64,000 nucleotides of DNA from Auanema rhodensis (lineage: Eukaryota > Animalia > Nematoda): assembly GCA_964057225.1 (NCBI GenBank), contig OZ059895.1:19964001-20028000 (forward strand), given 5' to 3'. Both the position numbers and the translations under genes were made by a program. Positions within the stretch are counted from its first letter, which is position 1. Each line of letters opens with the position of its first letter. Shown here piece after piece: positions 12,301-28,000 of the stretch. The notes below the pieces were generated by a model. That model worked only from the letters and a program-made list of their open reading frames with translations, was not told the origin of the DNA and did no database searches.

Positions 12301-15300
12301 TAACTAATTTTTGTATTAAGCGTTTCTCAATGTAGTATAGTGCATTCGATGCGGATTTTTAAGCTGCGTCGATCTGTGTTTTCAGATTTGCGCTAGCTTA
12401 AAAATGCACCGAGATATCAACTGATATAAGTTCACACTTATATCCTCGATTTTCACCCTGAAGAATTAATTTTTTCGTTGAATAACATTGTCCATCGTCT
12501 TTGCCTTGAAAAAAGGAATCTAAAAACATCTACTTTTTGCTAAATTATTTTGAAATTTTTCGAAAAAATTTTTGTCAAAATGTTTTTGGAAGCAATGTTG
12601 AGTGTACATGGAAACTCAACATACACTAATGCATCATTTTTCAAACGATCATAACTAATTTTTGTATTGAGCGTTTCTCAATGTAGTATAGTGCATTCGA
12701 TGCGGATTTTTAAGCTGCGTCGATCTGTGTTTTCAGATTTGCGCTAGCTTAAAAATGCACCGAGATATCAACTGATATAAGTTCACACTTACATCCTCGA
12801 TTTTCACCCTGAAGAATTAATTTTTTCGTTGAATAACATTGTCCATCGTCTTTGCCTTGAAAGAAAGAATCTGAAAACATCTACTTTTTGCTAAATTATT
12901 TTGAAATTTTTCGAAAAAATTTTTGTCAAAATGTTTTTGGAAGCAATGTTGAGTGTACATGGAAACTCAACATACACTAATGCATCATTTTTCAAACGAT
13001 CATAACTAATTTTTGTATTGAGCGTTTCTCAATGTAGTATAGTGCATTCGATGCGGATTTTTAAGCTGCGTCGATCTGTGTTTTCAGATTTGCGCTAGCT
13101 TAAAAATGCACCGAGATATCAACTGATATAAGTTCACACTTACATCCTCGATTTTCACCCTGAAGAATTAATTTTTTCGTTGAATAACATTGTCCATCGT
13201 CTTTGCCTTGAAAGAAAGATACTGAAAACATCTACTTTTTGCTAAATTATTTTGAAATTTTTCGAAAAAATTTTTGTCAAAATGTTTTTGGAAGCAATGT
13301 TGAGTGTACATGGAAACTCAACATACACTAATGCATCATTTTTCAAACGATCATAACTAATTTTTGTATTGAGCGTTTCTCAATGTAGTATAGTGCATTC
13401 GATGCGGATTTTTAAGCTGCGTCGATCTGTGTTTTCAGATTTGCGCTAGCTTAAAAATGCACCGAGATATCAACTGATATAAGTTCACACTTACATCCTC
13501 GATTTTCACCCTGAAGAATTAATTTTTTCGTTGAATAACATTGTCCATCGTCTTTGCCTTGAAAGAAAGATACTGAAAACATCTACTTTTTGCTAAATTA
13601 TTTTGAAATTTTTCGAAAAAATTTTTGTCAAAATGTTTTTGGAAGCAATGTTGAGTGTACATGGAAACTCAACATATACTAATGCATCATTTTTCAAACG
13701 ATCATAACTAATTTTTGTATTGAGCGTTTCTCAATGTAGTATAGTGCATTCGATGCGGATTTTCAAGCTGCGTCGATCTGTGTTTTCAGATTTGCGCTAG
13801 CTTAAAAATGCACCGAGATATCAACTGATATAAGTTCACACTTACATCCTCGATTTTCACCCTGAAGAATTAATTTTTTCGTTGAATAACATTGTCCATC
13901 GTCTTTGCCTTGAAAGAAAGAATCTGAAAACATCTACTTTTTGCTAAATTATTTTGAAATTTTTCGAAAAAAATTTTGTCAAAATGTTTTTGGAAGCAAT
14001 GTTGAGTGTACATGGAAACTCAACATATACTAATGCATCATTTTTCAAACGATCATAACTAATTTTTGTATTGAGCGTTTCTCAATGTAGTATAGTGCAT
14101 TCGATGCGGATTTTTAAGCTGCGTCGATCTGTGTTTTCAGATTTGCGCTAGCTTAAAAATGCACCGAGATATCAACTGATATATGTTCACACTTAGATCC
14201 TCGATTTTCACCCTGAAGAATTAATTTTTTCGTTGAATAACAATGTCCATCGTCTTTGCCTTGAAAGAAAGAATCTGAAAACATCTACTTTTTGCTAAAT
14301 TATTTTGAAATTTTTCGAAAAAATTTTTGTCAAAATGTTTTTGGAAGCAATGTTGAGTGTACATGGAAACTCAACATATACTAATGCATCATTTTTCAAA
14401 CGATCATAACTAATTTTTGTATTAAGCGTTTCTCAATGTAGTATAGTGCATTCGATGCGGATTTTTAAGCTGCGTCGATCTGTGTTTTCAGATTTGCGCT
14501 AGCTTAAAAATGCACCGAGATATCAACTGATATAAGTTCACACTTATATCCTCGATTTTCACCCTGAAGAATTAATTTTTTCGTTGAATAACATTGTCCA
14601 TCGTCTTTGCCTTGAAAAAAGGAATCTAAAAACATCTACTTTTTGCTAAATTATTTTGAAATTTTTCGAAAAAATTTTTGTCAAAATGTTTTTGGAAGCA
14701 ATGTTGAGTGTACATGGAAACTCAACATACACTAATGCATCATTTTTCAAACGATCATAACTAATTTTTGTATTGAGCGTTTCTCAATGTAGTATAGTGC
14801 ATTCGATGCGGATTTTTAAGCTGCGTCGATCTGTGTTTTCAGATTTGCGCTAGCTTAAAAATGCACCGAGATATCAACTGATATAAGTTCACACTTACAT
14901 CCTCGATTTTCACCCTGAAGAATTAATTTTTTCGTTGAATAACATTGTCCATCGTCTTTGCCTTGAAAGAAAGAATCTGAAAACATCTACTTTTTGCTAA
15001 ATTATTTTGAAATTTTTCGAAAAAATTTTTGTCAAAATGTTTTTGGAAGCAATGTTGAGTGTACATGGAAACTCAACATACACTAATGCATCATTTTTCA
15101 AACGATCATAACTAATTTTTGTATTGAGCGTTTCTCAATGTAGTATAGTGCATTCGATGCGGATTTTTAAGCTGCGTCGATCTGTGTTTTCAGATTTGCG
15201 CTAGCTTAAAAATGCACCGAGATATCAACTGATATAAGTTCACACTTACATCCTCGATTTTCACCCTGAAGAATTAATTTTTTCGTTGAATAACATTGTC

Positions 15301-17550
15301 CATCGTCTTTGCCTTGAAAGAAAGATACTGAAAACATCTACTTTTTGCTAAATTATTTTGAAATTTTTCGAAAAAATTTTTGTCAAAATGTTTTTGGAAG
15401 CAATGTTGAGTGTACATGGAAACTCAACATATACTAATGCATCATTTTTCAAACGATCATAACTAATTTTTGTATTAAGCGTTTCTCAATGTAGTATAGT
15501 GCATTCGATGCGGATTTTCAAGCTGCGTCGATCTGTGTTTTCAGATTTGCGCTAGCTTAAAAATGCACCGAGATATCAACTGATATAAGTTCACACTTAC
15601 ATCCTCGATTTTCACCCTGAAGAATTAATTTTTTCGTTGAATAACATTGTCCATCGTCTTTGCCTTGAAAAAAAGAATCTGAAAACATCTACTTTTTGCT
15701 AAATTATTTTGAAATTTTTCGAAAAATTTTTTGTCAAAATGTTTTTGGAAGCAATGTTGGGTGTACATGGAAACTCAACATATACTAATGCATCATTTTT
15801 CAAACGATCATAACTAATTTTTGTATTAAGCGTTTCTCAATGTAGTATAGTGCATTCGATGCGGATTTTTAAGCTGCGTCGATCTGTGTTTTCAGATTTG
15901 CGCTAGCTTAAAAATGCACCGAGATATCAACTGATATAAGTTCACACTTACATCCTCGATTTTCACCCTGAAGAATTAATTTTTTCGTTGAATAACATTG
16001 TCTATCGTCTTTGCCTTGAAAGAAAGATACTGAAAACATCTACTTTTTGCTAAATTATTTTGAAATTTTTCGAAAAAATTTTTGTCAAAATGTTTTTGGA
16101 AGCAATGTTGAGTGTACATGGAAACTCAACATATACTAATGCATCATTTTTCAAACGATCATAACTAATTTTTGTATTAAGCGTTTCTCAATGTAGTATA
16201 GTGCATTCGATGCGGATTTTTAAGCTGCGTCGATCTGTGTTTTCAGATTTGCGCTAGCTTAAAAATGCACCGAGATATCAACTGATATAAGTTCACACTT
16301 ACATCCTCGATTTTCACCCTGAAGAATTAATTTTTTCGTTGAATAACATTGTCTATCGTCTTTGCCTTGAAAGAAAGATACTGAAAACATCTACTTTTTG
16401 CTAAATTATTTTGAAATTTTTCGAAAAAATTTTTGTCAAAATGTTTTTGGAAGCAATGTTGAGTGTACATGGAAACTCAACATATACTAATGCATCATTT
16501 TTCAAACGATCATAACTAATTTTTGTATTAAGCGTTTCTCAATGTAGTATAGTGCATTCGATGCGGATTTTTAAGCTGCGTCGATCTGTGTTTTCAGATT
16601 TGCGCTAGCTTAAAAATGCACCGAGATATCAACTGATATAAGTTCACACTTACATCCTCGATTTTCACCCTGAAGAATTAATTTTTTCGTTGAATAACAT
16701 TGTCCATCGTCTTTGCCTTGAAAGAAAGATACTGAAAACATCTACTTTTTGCTAAATTATTTTGAAATTTTTCGAAAAAATTTTTGTCAAAATGTTTTTG
16801 GAAGCAATGTTGAGTGTACATGGAAACTCAACATATACTAATGCATCATTTTTCAAACGATCATAACTAATTTTTGTATTAAGCGTTTCTCAATGTAGTA
16901 TAGTGCATTCGATGCGGATTTTTAAGCTGCGTCGATCTGTGTTTTCAGATTTGCGCTAGCTTAAAAATGCACCGAGATATCAACTGATATAAGTTCACAC
17001 TTACATCCTCGATTTTCACCCTGAAGAATTAATTTTTTCGTTGAATAACATTGTCCATCGTCTTTGCCTTGAAAAAAAGAATCTGAAAACATCTACTTTT
17101 TGCTAAATTATTTTGAAATTTTTCGAAAAAATTTTTGTCAAAATGTTTTTGGAAGCAATGTTGAGTGTACATGGAAACTCAACATATACTAATGCATCAT
17201 TTTTCAAACGATCATAACTAATTTTTGTATTAAGCGTTTCTCAATGTAGTATAGTGCATTCGATGCGGATTTTTAAGCTGCGTCGATCTGTGTTTTCAGA
17301 TTTGCGCTAGCTTAAAAATGCACCGAGATATCAACTGATATAAGTTCACACTTACATCCTCGATTTTCACCCTGAAGAATTAATTTTTTCGTTGAATAAC
17401 ATTGTCCATCGTCTTTGCCTTGAAAAAAAGAATCTGAAAACATCTACTTTTTGCTAAATTATTTTGAAATTTTTCGAAAAAATTTTTGTCAAAATGTTTT
17501 TGGAAGCAATGTTGAGTGTACATGGAAACTCAACATATACTAATGCATCA

Positions 17551-20007
17551 TTTTTCAAACGATCATAACTAATTTTTGTATTAAGCGTTTCTCAATGTAG
17601 TATAGTGCATTCGATGCGGATTTTTAAGCTGCGTCGATCTGTGTTTTCAGATTTGCGCTAGCTTAAAAATGCACCGAGATATCAACTGATATAAGTTCAC
17701 ACTTACATCCTCGATTTTCACCCTGAAGAATTAATTTTTTCGTTGAATAACATTGTCCATCGTCTTTGCCTTGAAAAAAAGAATCTGAAAACATCTACTT
17801 TTTGCTAAATTATTTTGAAATTTTTCGAAAAAATTTTTGTCAAAATGTTTTTGGAAGCAATGTTGAATGTACATGGAAACTCAACATATACTAATGCATC
17901 ATTTTTCAAACGATCATAACTAATTTTTGTATTGAGCGTTTCTCAATGTAGTATAGTGCATTCGATGCGGATTTTTAAGCTGCGTCGATCTGTGTTTTCA
18001 GATTTGCGCTAGCTTAAAAATGCACCGAGATATCAACTGATATAAGTTCACACTTACATCCTCGATTTTCACCCTGAAGAATTAATTTTTTCGTTGAATA
18101 ACATTGTCCATCGTCTTTGCCTTGAAAGAAAGATACTGAAAACATCTACTTTTTGCTAAATTATTTTGAAATTTTTCGAAAAAATTTTTGTCAAAATGTT
18201 TTTGGAAGCAATGTTGAGTGTACATGGAAACTCAACATATACTAATGCATCATTTTTCAAACGATCATAACTAATTTTTGTATAAAGCGTTTCTCAATGT
18301 AGTATAGTGCATTCGATGCGGATTTTTAAGCTGCGTCGATCTGTGTTTTCAGATTTGCGCTAGCTTAAAAATGCACCGAGATATCAACTGATATAAGTTC
18401 ACACTTACATCCTCGATTTTCACCCTGAAGAATTAATTTTTTCGTTTAATAACATTGTCCATCGTCTTTGCTTTGAAAGAAAGATACTGAAAACATCTAC
18501 TTTTTGCTAAATTATTTTGAAATTTTTCGAAAAATTTTTTGTCAAAATGTTTTTGGAAGCAATGTTGAGTGTACATGGAAACTCAACATATACTAATGCA
18601 TCATTTTTCAAACGATCATAACTAATTTTCGTATTAAGCGTTTCTCAATGTAGTATAGTGCATTCGATGCGTATTTTTAAGCTGCGTCGATCTGTGTTTT
18701 CAGATTTGCGCTAGCTTAAAAATGCACCGAGATATCAACTGATATAAGTTCACACTTACATCCTCGATTTTCACCCTGAAGAATTAATTTTTTCGTTGAA
18801 TAACATTGTCCATCGTCTTTGCCTTGAAAAAAAGAATCTGAAAACATCTACTTTTTGCTAAATTATTTTGAAATTTTTCGAAAAAATTTTTGTCAAAATG
18901 TTTTTGGAAGCAATGTTGAATGTACATGGAAACTCAACATATACTAATGCATCATTTTTCAAACGATCATAACTAATTTTTGTATTGAGCGTTTCTCAAT
19001 GTAGTATAGTGCATTCGATGCGGATTTTTAAGCTGCGTCGATCTGTGTTTTCAGATTTGCGCTAGCTTAAAAATGCACCGAGATATCAACTGATATAAGT
19101 TCACACTTACATCCTCGATTTTCACCCTGAAGAATTAATTTTTTCGTTGAATAACATTGTCCATCGTCTTTGCCTTGAAAGAAAGATACTGAAAACATCT
19201 ACTTTTTGCTAAATTATTTTGAAATTTTTCGAAAAAATTTTTGTCAAAATGTTTTTGGAAGCAATGTTGAGTGTACATGGAAACTCAACATATACTAATG
19301 CATCATTTTTCAAACGATCATAACTAATTTTTGTATAAAGCGTTTCTCAATGTAGTATAGTGCATTCGATGCGGATTTTTAAGCTGCGTCGATCTGTGTT
19401 TTCAGATTTGCGCTAGCTTAAAAATGCACCGAGATATCAACTGATATAAGTTCACACTTACATCCTCGATTTTCACCCTGAAGAATTAATTTTTTCGTTT
19501 AATAACATTGTCCATCGTCTTTGCTTTGAAAGAAAGATACTGAAAACATCTACTTTTTGCTAAATTATTTTGAAATTTTTCGAAAAAATTTTTGTCAAAA
19601 TGTTTTTGGAAGCAATGTTGAGTGTACATGGAAACTCAACATATACTAATGCATCATTTTTCAAACGATCATAACTAATTTTCGTATTAAGCGTTTCTCA
19701 ATGTAGTATAGTGCATTCGATGCGGATTTTTAAGCTGCGTCGATCTGTGTTTTCAGATTTGCGCTAGCTTAAAAATGCACCGAGATATCAACTGATATAA
19801 GTTCACACTTACATCCTCGATTTTCACCCTGAAGAATTAATTTTTTCGTTGAATAACATTGTCCATCGTCTTTGCCTTGAAAAAAAGAATCTGAAAACAT
19901 CTACTTTTTGCTAAATTATTCTGAAATTTTTCGAAAAAATTTTTGTCAAAATGTTTTTGGAAGCAATGTTGAATGTACATGGAAACTCAACATATACTAA
20001 TGCATCA
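17551..20007. repeat. Local 3-monomer (1053-bp) tandem duplication
   Basis: 'ttgaatgt' at 17867/18920/19973, 'gtataaagc' at 18284/19337, 'cgtttaat' at 18447/19500 and 'ttttcgtatt' at 18630/19683 are all 1053 bp apart. Confidence 0.85.
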
Positions 20008-23000
20008 TTTTTCAAACGATCATAACTAATTTTTGTATTGAGCGTTTCTCAATGTAGTATAGTGCATTCGATGCGGATTTTTAAGCTGCGTCGATCTGTG
20101 TTTTCAGATTTGCGCTAGCTTAAAAATGCACCGAGATATCAACTGATATAAGTTCACACTTACATCCTCGATTTTCACCCTGAAGAATTAATTTTTTCGT
20201 TGAATAACATTGTCCATCGTCTTTGCCTTGAAAGAAAGATACTGAAAACATCTACTTTTTGCTAAATTATTTTGAAATTTTTCGAAAAAATTTTTGTCAA
20301 AATGTTTTTGGAAGCAATGTTGAGTGTACATGGAAACTCAACATATACTAATGCATCATTTTTCAAACGATCATAACTAATTTTTGTATTAAGCGTTTCT
20401 CAATGTAGTATAGTGCATTCGATGCGGATTTTTAAGCTGCGTCGATCTGTGTTTTCAGATTTGCGCTAGCTTAAAAATGCACCGAGATATCAACTGATAT
20501 AAGTTCACACTTACATCCTCGATTTTCACCCTGAAGAATTAATTTTTTCGTTGAATAACATTGTCCATCGTCTTTGCCTTGAAAGAAAGATACTGAAAAC
20601 ATCTACTTTTTGCTAAATTATTTTGAAATTTTTCGAAAAAATTTTTGTCAAAATGTTTTTGGAAGCAATGTTGAGTGTACATGGAAACTCAACATATACT
20701 AATGCATCATTTTTCAAACGATCATAACTAATTTTTGTATTAAGCGTTTCTCAATGTAGTATAGTGCATTCGATGCGGATTTTTAAGCTGCGTCGATCTG
20801 TGTTTTCAGATTTGCGCTAGCTTAAAAATGCACCGAGATATCAACTGATATAAGTTCACACTTACATCCTCGATTTTCACCCTGAAGAATTAATTTTTTC
20901 GTTGAATAACATTGTCCATCGTCTTTGCCTTGAAAGAAAGATACTGAAAACATCTACTTTTTGCTAAATTATTTTGAAATTTTTCGAAAAAATTTTTGTC
21001 AAAATGTTTTTGGAAGCAATGTTGAGTGTACATGGAAACTCAACATACACTAATGCATCATTTTTCAAACGATCATAACTAATTTTTGTATTGAGCGTTT
21101 CTCAATGTAGTATAGTGCATTCGATGCGGATTTTTAAGCTGCGTCGATCTGTGTTTTCAGATTTGCGCTAGCTTAAAAATGCACCGAGATATCAACTGAT
21201 ATAAGTTCACACTTACATCCTCGATTTTCACCCTGAAGAATTAATTTTTTCGTTAAATAACATTGTCCATCGTCTTTGCCTTGAAAGAAAGATACTGAAA
21301 ACATCTACTTTTTGCTAAATTATTTTGAAATTTTTCGAAAAAATTTTTGTCAAAATGTTTTTGGAAGCAATGTTGAGTGTACATGGAAACTCAACATATA
21401 CTAATGCATCATTTTTCAAACGATCATAACTAATTTTTGTATTAAGCGTTTCTCAATGTAGTATAGTGCATTCGATGCGGATTTTTAAGCTGCGTCGATC
21501 TGTGTTTTCAGATTTGCGCTAGCTTAAAAATGCACCGAGATATCAACTGATATAAGTTCACACTTACATCCTCGATTTTCACCCTGAAGAATTAATTTTT
21601 TCGTTGAATAACATTGTCCATCGTCTTTGCCTTGAAAGAAAGATACTGAAAACATCTACTTTTTGCTAAATTATTTTGAAATTTTTCGAAAAAATTTTTG
21701 TCAAAATGTTTTTGGAAGCAATGTTGAGTGTACATGGAAACTCAACATATACTAATGCATCATTTTTCAAACGATCATAACTAATTTTTGTATTAAGCGT
21801 TTCTCAATGTAGTATAGTGCATTCGATGCGGATTTTTAAGCTGCGTCGATCTGTGTTTTCAGATTTGCGCTAGCTTAAAAATGCACCGAGATATCAACTG
21901 ATATAAGTTCACACTTACATCCTCGATTTTCACCCTGAAGAATTAATTTTTTCGTTGAATAACATTGTCCATCGTCTTTGCCTTGAAAGAAAGATACTGA
22001 AAACATCTACTTTTTGCTAAATTATTTTGAAATTTTTCGAAAAAATTTTTGTCAAAATGTTTTTGGAAGCAATGTTGAGTGTACATGGAAACTCAACATA
22101 TACTAATGCATCATTTTTCAAACGATCATAACTAATTTTTGTATTAAGCGTTTCTCAATGTAGTATAGTGCATTCGATGCGGATTTTTAAGCTGCGTCGA
22201 TCTGTGTTTTCAGATTTGCGCTAGCTTAAAAATGCACCGAGATATCAACTGATATAAGTTCACACTTACATCCTCGATTTTCACCCTGAAGAATTAATTT
22301 TTTCGTTTAATAACATTGTCCATCGTCTTTGCTTTGAAAGAAAGATACTGAAAACATCTACTTTTTGCTAAATTATTTTGAAATTTTTCGAAAAAATTTT
22401 TGTCAAAATGTTTTTGGAAGCAATGTTGAGTGTACATGGAAACTCAACATATACTAATGCATCATTTTTCAAACGATCATAACTAATTTTCGTATTAAGC
22501 GTTTCTCAATGTAGTATAGTGCATTCGATGCGGATTTTTAAGCTGCGTCGATCTGTGTTTTCAGATTTGCGCTAGCTTAAAAATGCACCGAGATATCAAC
22601 TGATATAAGTTCACACTTACATCCTCGATTTTCACCCTGAAGAATTAATTTTTTCGTTGAATAACATTGTCCATCGTCTTTGCCTTGAAAAAAAGAATCT
22701 GAAAACATCTACTTTTTGCTAAATTATTCTGAAATTTTTCGAAAAAATTTTTGTCAAAATGTTTTTGGAAGCAATGTTGAATGTACATGGAAACTCAACA
22801 TATACTAATGCATCATTTTTCAAACGATCATAACTAATTTTTGTATTGAGCGTTTCTCAATGTAGTATAGTGCATTCGATGCGGATTTTTAAGCTGCGTC
22901 GATCTGTGTTTTCAGATTTGCGCTAGCTTAAAAATGCACCGAGATATCAACTGATATAAGTTCACACTTACATCCTCGATTTTCACCCTGAAGAATTAAT

Positions 23001-25000
23001 TTTTTCGTTGAATAACATTGTCCATCGTCTTTGCCTTGAAAGAAAGATACTGAAAACATCTACTTTTTGCTAAATTATTTTGAAATTTTTCGAAAAAATT
23101 TTTGTCAAAATGTTTTTGGAAGCAATGTTGAGTGTACATGGAAACTCAACATATACTAATGCATCATTTTTCAAACGATCATAACTAATTTTTGTATTAA
23201 GCGTTTCTCAATGTAGTATAGTGCATTCGATGCGGATTTTTAAGCTGCGTCGATCTGTGTTTTCAGATTTGCGCTAGCTTAAAAATGCACCGAGATATCA
23301 ACTGATATAAGTTCACACTTACATCCTCGATTTTCACCCTGAAGAATTAATTTTTTCGTTGAATAACATTGTCCATCGTCTTTGCCTTGAAAGAAAGATA
23401 CTGAAAACATCTACTTTTTGCTAAATTATTTTGAAATTTTTCGAAAAAATTTTTGTCAAAATGTTTTTGGAAGCAATGTTGAGTGTACATGGAAACTCAA
23501 CATATACTAATGCATCATTTTTCAAACGATCATAACTAATTTTTGTATTAAGCGTTTCTCAATGTAGTATAGTGCATTCGATGCGGATTTTTAAGCTGCG
23601 TCGATCTGTGTTTTCAGATTTGCGCTAGCTTAAAAATGCACCGAGATATCAACTGATATAAGTTCACACTTACATCCTCGATTTTCACCCTGAAGAATTA
23701 ATTTTTTCGTTGAATAACATTGTCCATCGTCTTTGCCTTGAAAGAAAGATACTGAAAACATCTACTTTTTGCTAAATTATTTTGAAATTTTTCGAAAAAA
23801 TTTTTGTCAAAATGTTTTTGGAAGCAATGTTGAGTGTACATGGAAACTCAACATACACTAATGCATCATTTTTCAAACGATCATAACTAATTTTTGTATT
23901 GAGCGTTTCTCAATGTAGTATAGTGCATTCGATGCGGATTTTTAAGCTGCGTCGATCTGTGTTTTCAGATTTGCGCTAGCTTAAAAATGCACCGAGATAT
24001 CAACTGATATAAGTTCACACTTACATCCTCGATTTTCACCCTGAAGAATTAATTTTTTCGTTAAATAACATTGTCCATCGTCTTTGCCTTGAAAGAAAGA
24101 TACTGAAAACATCTACTTTTTGCTAAATTATTTTGAAATTTTTCGAAAAAATTTTTGTCAAAATGTTTTTGGAAGCAATGTTGAGTGTACATGGAAACTC
24201 AACATATACTAATGCATCATTTTTCAAACGATCATAACTAATTTTTGTATTAAGCGTTTCTCAATGTAGTATAGTGCATTCGATGCGGATTTTTAAGCTG
24301 CGTCGATCTGTGTTTTCAGATTTGCGCTAGCTTAAAAATGCACCGAGATATCAACTGATATAAGTTCACACTTACATCCTCGATTTTCACCCTGAAGAAT
24401 TAATTTTTTCGTTGAATAACATTGTCCATCGTCTTTGCCTTGAAAGAAAGATACTGAAAACATCTACTTTTTGCTAAATTATTTTGAAATTTTTCGAAAA
24501 AATTTTTGTCAAAATGTTTTTGGAAGCAATGTTGAGTGTACATGGAAACTCAACATATACTAATGCATCATTTTTCAAACGATCATAACTAATTTTTGTA
24601 TTAAGCGTTTCTCAATGTAGTATAGTGCATTCGATGCGGATTTTTAAGCTGCGTCGATCTGTGTTTTCAGATTTGCGCTAGCTTAAAAATGCACCGAGAT
24701 ATCAACTGATATAAGTTCACACTTACATCCTCGATTTTCACCCTGAAGAATTAATTTTTTCGTTGAATAACATTGTCCATCGTCTTTGCCTTGAAAGAAA
24801 GATACTGAAAACATCTACTTTTTGCTAAATTATTTTGAAATTTTTCGAAAAAATTTTTGTCAAAATGTTTTTGGAAGCAATGTTGAGTGTACATGGAAAC
24901 TCAACATATACTAATGCATCATTTTTCAAACGATCATAACTAATTTTTGTATTAAGCGTTTCTCAATGTAGTATAGTGCATTCGATGCGGATTTTTAAGC
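19400..25000. repeat. 8-monomer (2808-bp) tandem duplication, boundaries approximate
   Basis: Markers 2808 bp apart: m195T at 19500/22308, 'ttattctg' at 19921/22729, 'ttgaatgt' at 19973/22781, m195A at 21255/24063. Confidence 0.82.
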
Positions 25001-28000
25001 TGCGTCGATCTGTGTTTTCAGATTTGCGCTAGCTTAAAAATGCACCGAGATATCAACTGATATAAGTTCACACTTACATCCTCGATTTTCACCCTGAAGA
25101 ATTAATTTTTTCGTTGAATAACATTGTCCATCGTCTTTGCCTTGAAAGAAAGATACTGAAAACATCTACTTTTTGCTAAATTATTTTGAAATTTTTCGAA
25201 AAAATTTTTGTCAAAATGTTTTTGGAAGCAATGTTGAGTGTACATGGAAACTCAACATACACTAATGCATCATTTTTCAAACGATCATAACTAATTTTTG
25301 TATTGAGCGTTTCTCAATGTAGTATAGTGCATTCGATGCGGATTTTTAAGCTGCGTCGATCTGTGTTTTCAGATTTGCGCTAGCTTAAAAATGCACCGAG
25401 ATATCAACTGATATAAGTTCACACTTACATCCTCGATTTTCACCCTGAAGAATTAATTTTTTCGTTAAATAACATTGTCCATCGTCTTTGCCTTGAAAGA
25501 AAGATACTGAAAACATCTACTTTTTGCTAAATTATTTTGAAATTTTTCGAAAAAATTTTTGTCAAAATGTTTTTGGAAGCAATGTTGAGTGTACATGGAA
25601 ACTCAACATATACTAATGCATCATTTTTCAAACGATCATAACTAATTTTTGTATTAAGCGTTTCTCAATGTAGTATAGTGCATTCGATGCGGATTTTTAA
25701 GCTGCGTCGATCTGTGTTTTCAGATTTGCGCTAGCTTAAAAATGCACCGAGATATCAACTGATATAAGTTCACACTTACATCCTCGATTTTCACCCTGAA
25801 GAATTAATTTTTTCGTTGAATAACATTGTCCATCGTCTTTGCCTTGAAAGAAAGATACTGAAAACATCTACTTTTTGCTAAATTATTTTGAAATTTTTCG
25901 AAAAAATTTTTGTCAAAATGTTTTTGGAAGCAATGTTGAGTGTACATGGAAACTCAACATATACTAATGCATCATTTTTCAAACGATCATAACTAATTTT
26001 TGTATTAAGCGTTTCTCAATGTAGTATAGTGCATTCGATGCGGATTTTTAAGCTGCGTCGATCTGTGTTTTCAGATTTGCGCTAGCTTAAAAATGCACCG
26101 AGATATCAACTGATATAAGTTCACACTTACATCCTCGATTTTCACCCTGAAGAATTAATTTTTTCGTTGAATAACATTGTCCATCGTCTTTGCCTTGAAA
26201 GAAAGATACTGAAAACATCTACTTTTTGCTAAATTATTTTGAAATTTTTCGAAAAAATTTTTGTCAAAATGTTTTTGGAAGCAATGTTGAGTGTACATGG
26301 AAACTCAACATACACTAATGCATCATTTTTCAAACGATCATAACTAATTTTTGTATTGAGCGTTTCTCAATGTAGTATAGTGCATTCGATGCGGATTTTT
26401 AAGCTGCGTCGATCTGTGTTTTCAGATTTGCGCTAGCTTAAAAATGCACCGAGATATCAACTGATATAAGTTCACACTTACATCCTCGATTTTCACCCTG
26501 AAGAATTAATTTTTTCGTTAAATAACATTGTCCATCGTCTTTGCCTTGAAAGAAAGATACTGAAAACATCTACTTTTTGCTAAATTATTTTGAAATTTTT
26601 CGAAAAAATTTTTGTCAAAATGTTTTTGGAAGCAATGTTGAGTGTACATGGAAACTCAACATATACTAATGCATCATTTTTCAAACGATCATAACTAATT
26701 TTTGTATTAAGCGTTTCTCAATGTAGTATAGTGCATTCGATGCGGATTTTTAAGCTGCGTCGATCTGTGTTTTCAGATTTGCGCTAGCTTAAAAATGCAC
26801 CGAGATATCAACTGATATAAGTTCACACTTACATCCTCGATTTTCACCCTGAAGAATTAATTTTTTCGTTGAATAACATTGTCCATCGTCTTTGCCTTGA
26901 AAGAAAGATACTGAAAACATCTACTTTTTGCTAAATTATTTTGAAATTTTTCGAAAAAATTTTTGTCAAAATGTTTTTGGAAGCAATGTTGAGTGTACAT
27001 GGAAACTCAACATATACTAATGCATCATTTTTCAAACGATCATAACTAATTTTTGTATTAAGCGTTTCTCAATGTAGTATAGTGCATTCGATGCGGATTT
27101 TTAAGCTGCGTCGATCTGTGTTTTCAGATTTGCGCTAGCTTAAAAATGCACCGAGATATCAACTGATATAAGTTCACACTTACATCCTCGATTTTCACCC
27201 TGAAGAATTAATTTTTTCGTTGAATAACATTGTCCATCGTCTTTGCCTTGAAAGAAAGATACTGAAAACATCTACTTTTTGCTAAATTATTTTGAAATTT
27301 TTCGAAAAAATTTTTGTCAAAATGTTTTTGGAAGCAATGTTGAGTGTACATGGAAACTCAACATATACTAATGCATCATTTTTCAAACGATCATAACTAA
27401 TTTTTGTATTAAGCGTTTCTCAATGTAGTATAGTGCATTCGATGCGGATTTTTAAGCTGCGTCGATCTGTGTTTTCAGATTTGCGCTAGCTTAAAAATGC
27501 ACCGAGATATCAACTGATATAAGTTCACACTTACATCCTCGATTTTCACCCTGAAGAATTAATTTTTTCGTTGAATAACATTGTCCATCGTCTTTGCCTT
27601 GAAAGAAAGATACTGAAAACATCTACTTTTTGCTAAATTATTTTGAAATTTTTCGAAAAAATTTTTGTCAAAATGTTTTTGGAAGCAATGTTGAGTGTAC
27701 ATGGAAACTCAACATATACTAATGCATCATTTTTCAAACGATCATAACTAATTTTTGTATTAAGCGTTTCTCAATGTAGTATAGTGCATTCGATGCGGAT
27801 TTTTAAGCTGCGTCGATCTGTGTTTTCAGATTTGCGCTAGCTTAAAAATGCACCGAGATATCAACTGATATAAGTTCACACTTACATCCTCGATTTTCAC
27901 CCTGAAGAATTAATTTTTTCGTTGAATAACATTGTCCATCGTCTTTGCCTTGAAAGAAAGATACTGAAAACATCTACTTTTTGCTAAATTATTTTGAAAT

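Larger units (their letters stand above)
1..12987. repeat. Domain 1: irregular higher-order cycling of monomer types A, B and C
   Basis: Type A has 'gaaaaaaggaatctaaaa' and m156T. Type B has 'gaaa(a/g)aaagaatctgaaa' and m156C. Type C has m96A, m144T, m156G, m203A and 'gaaagaaagaatctg'. C copies start at 1054, 2107, 4915, 6319, 8776 and 11935, each preceded by B and followed by A. The boundary with domain 2 is gradual (about 13.0-15.1 kb). Confidence 0.85.
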
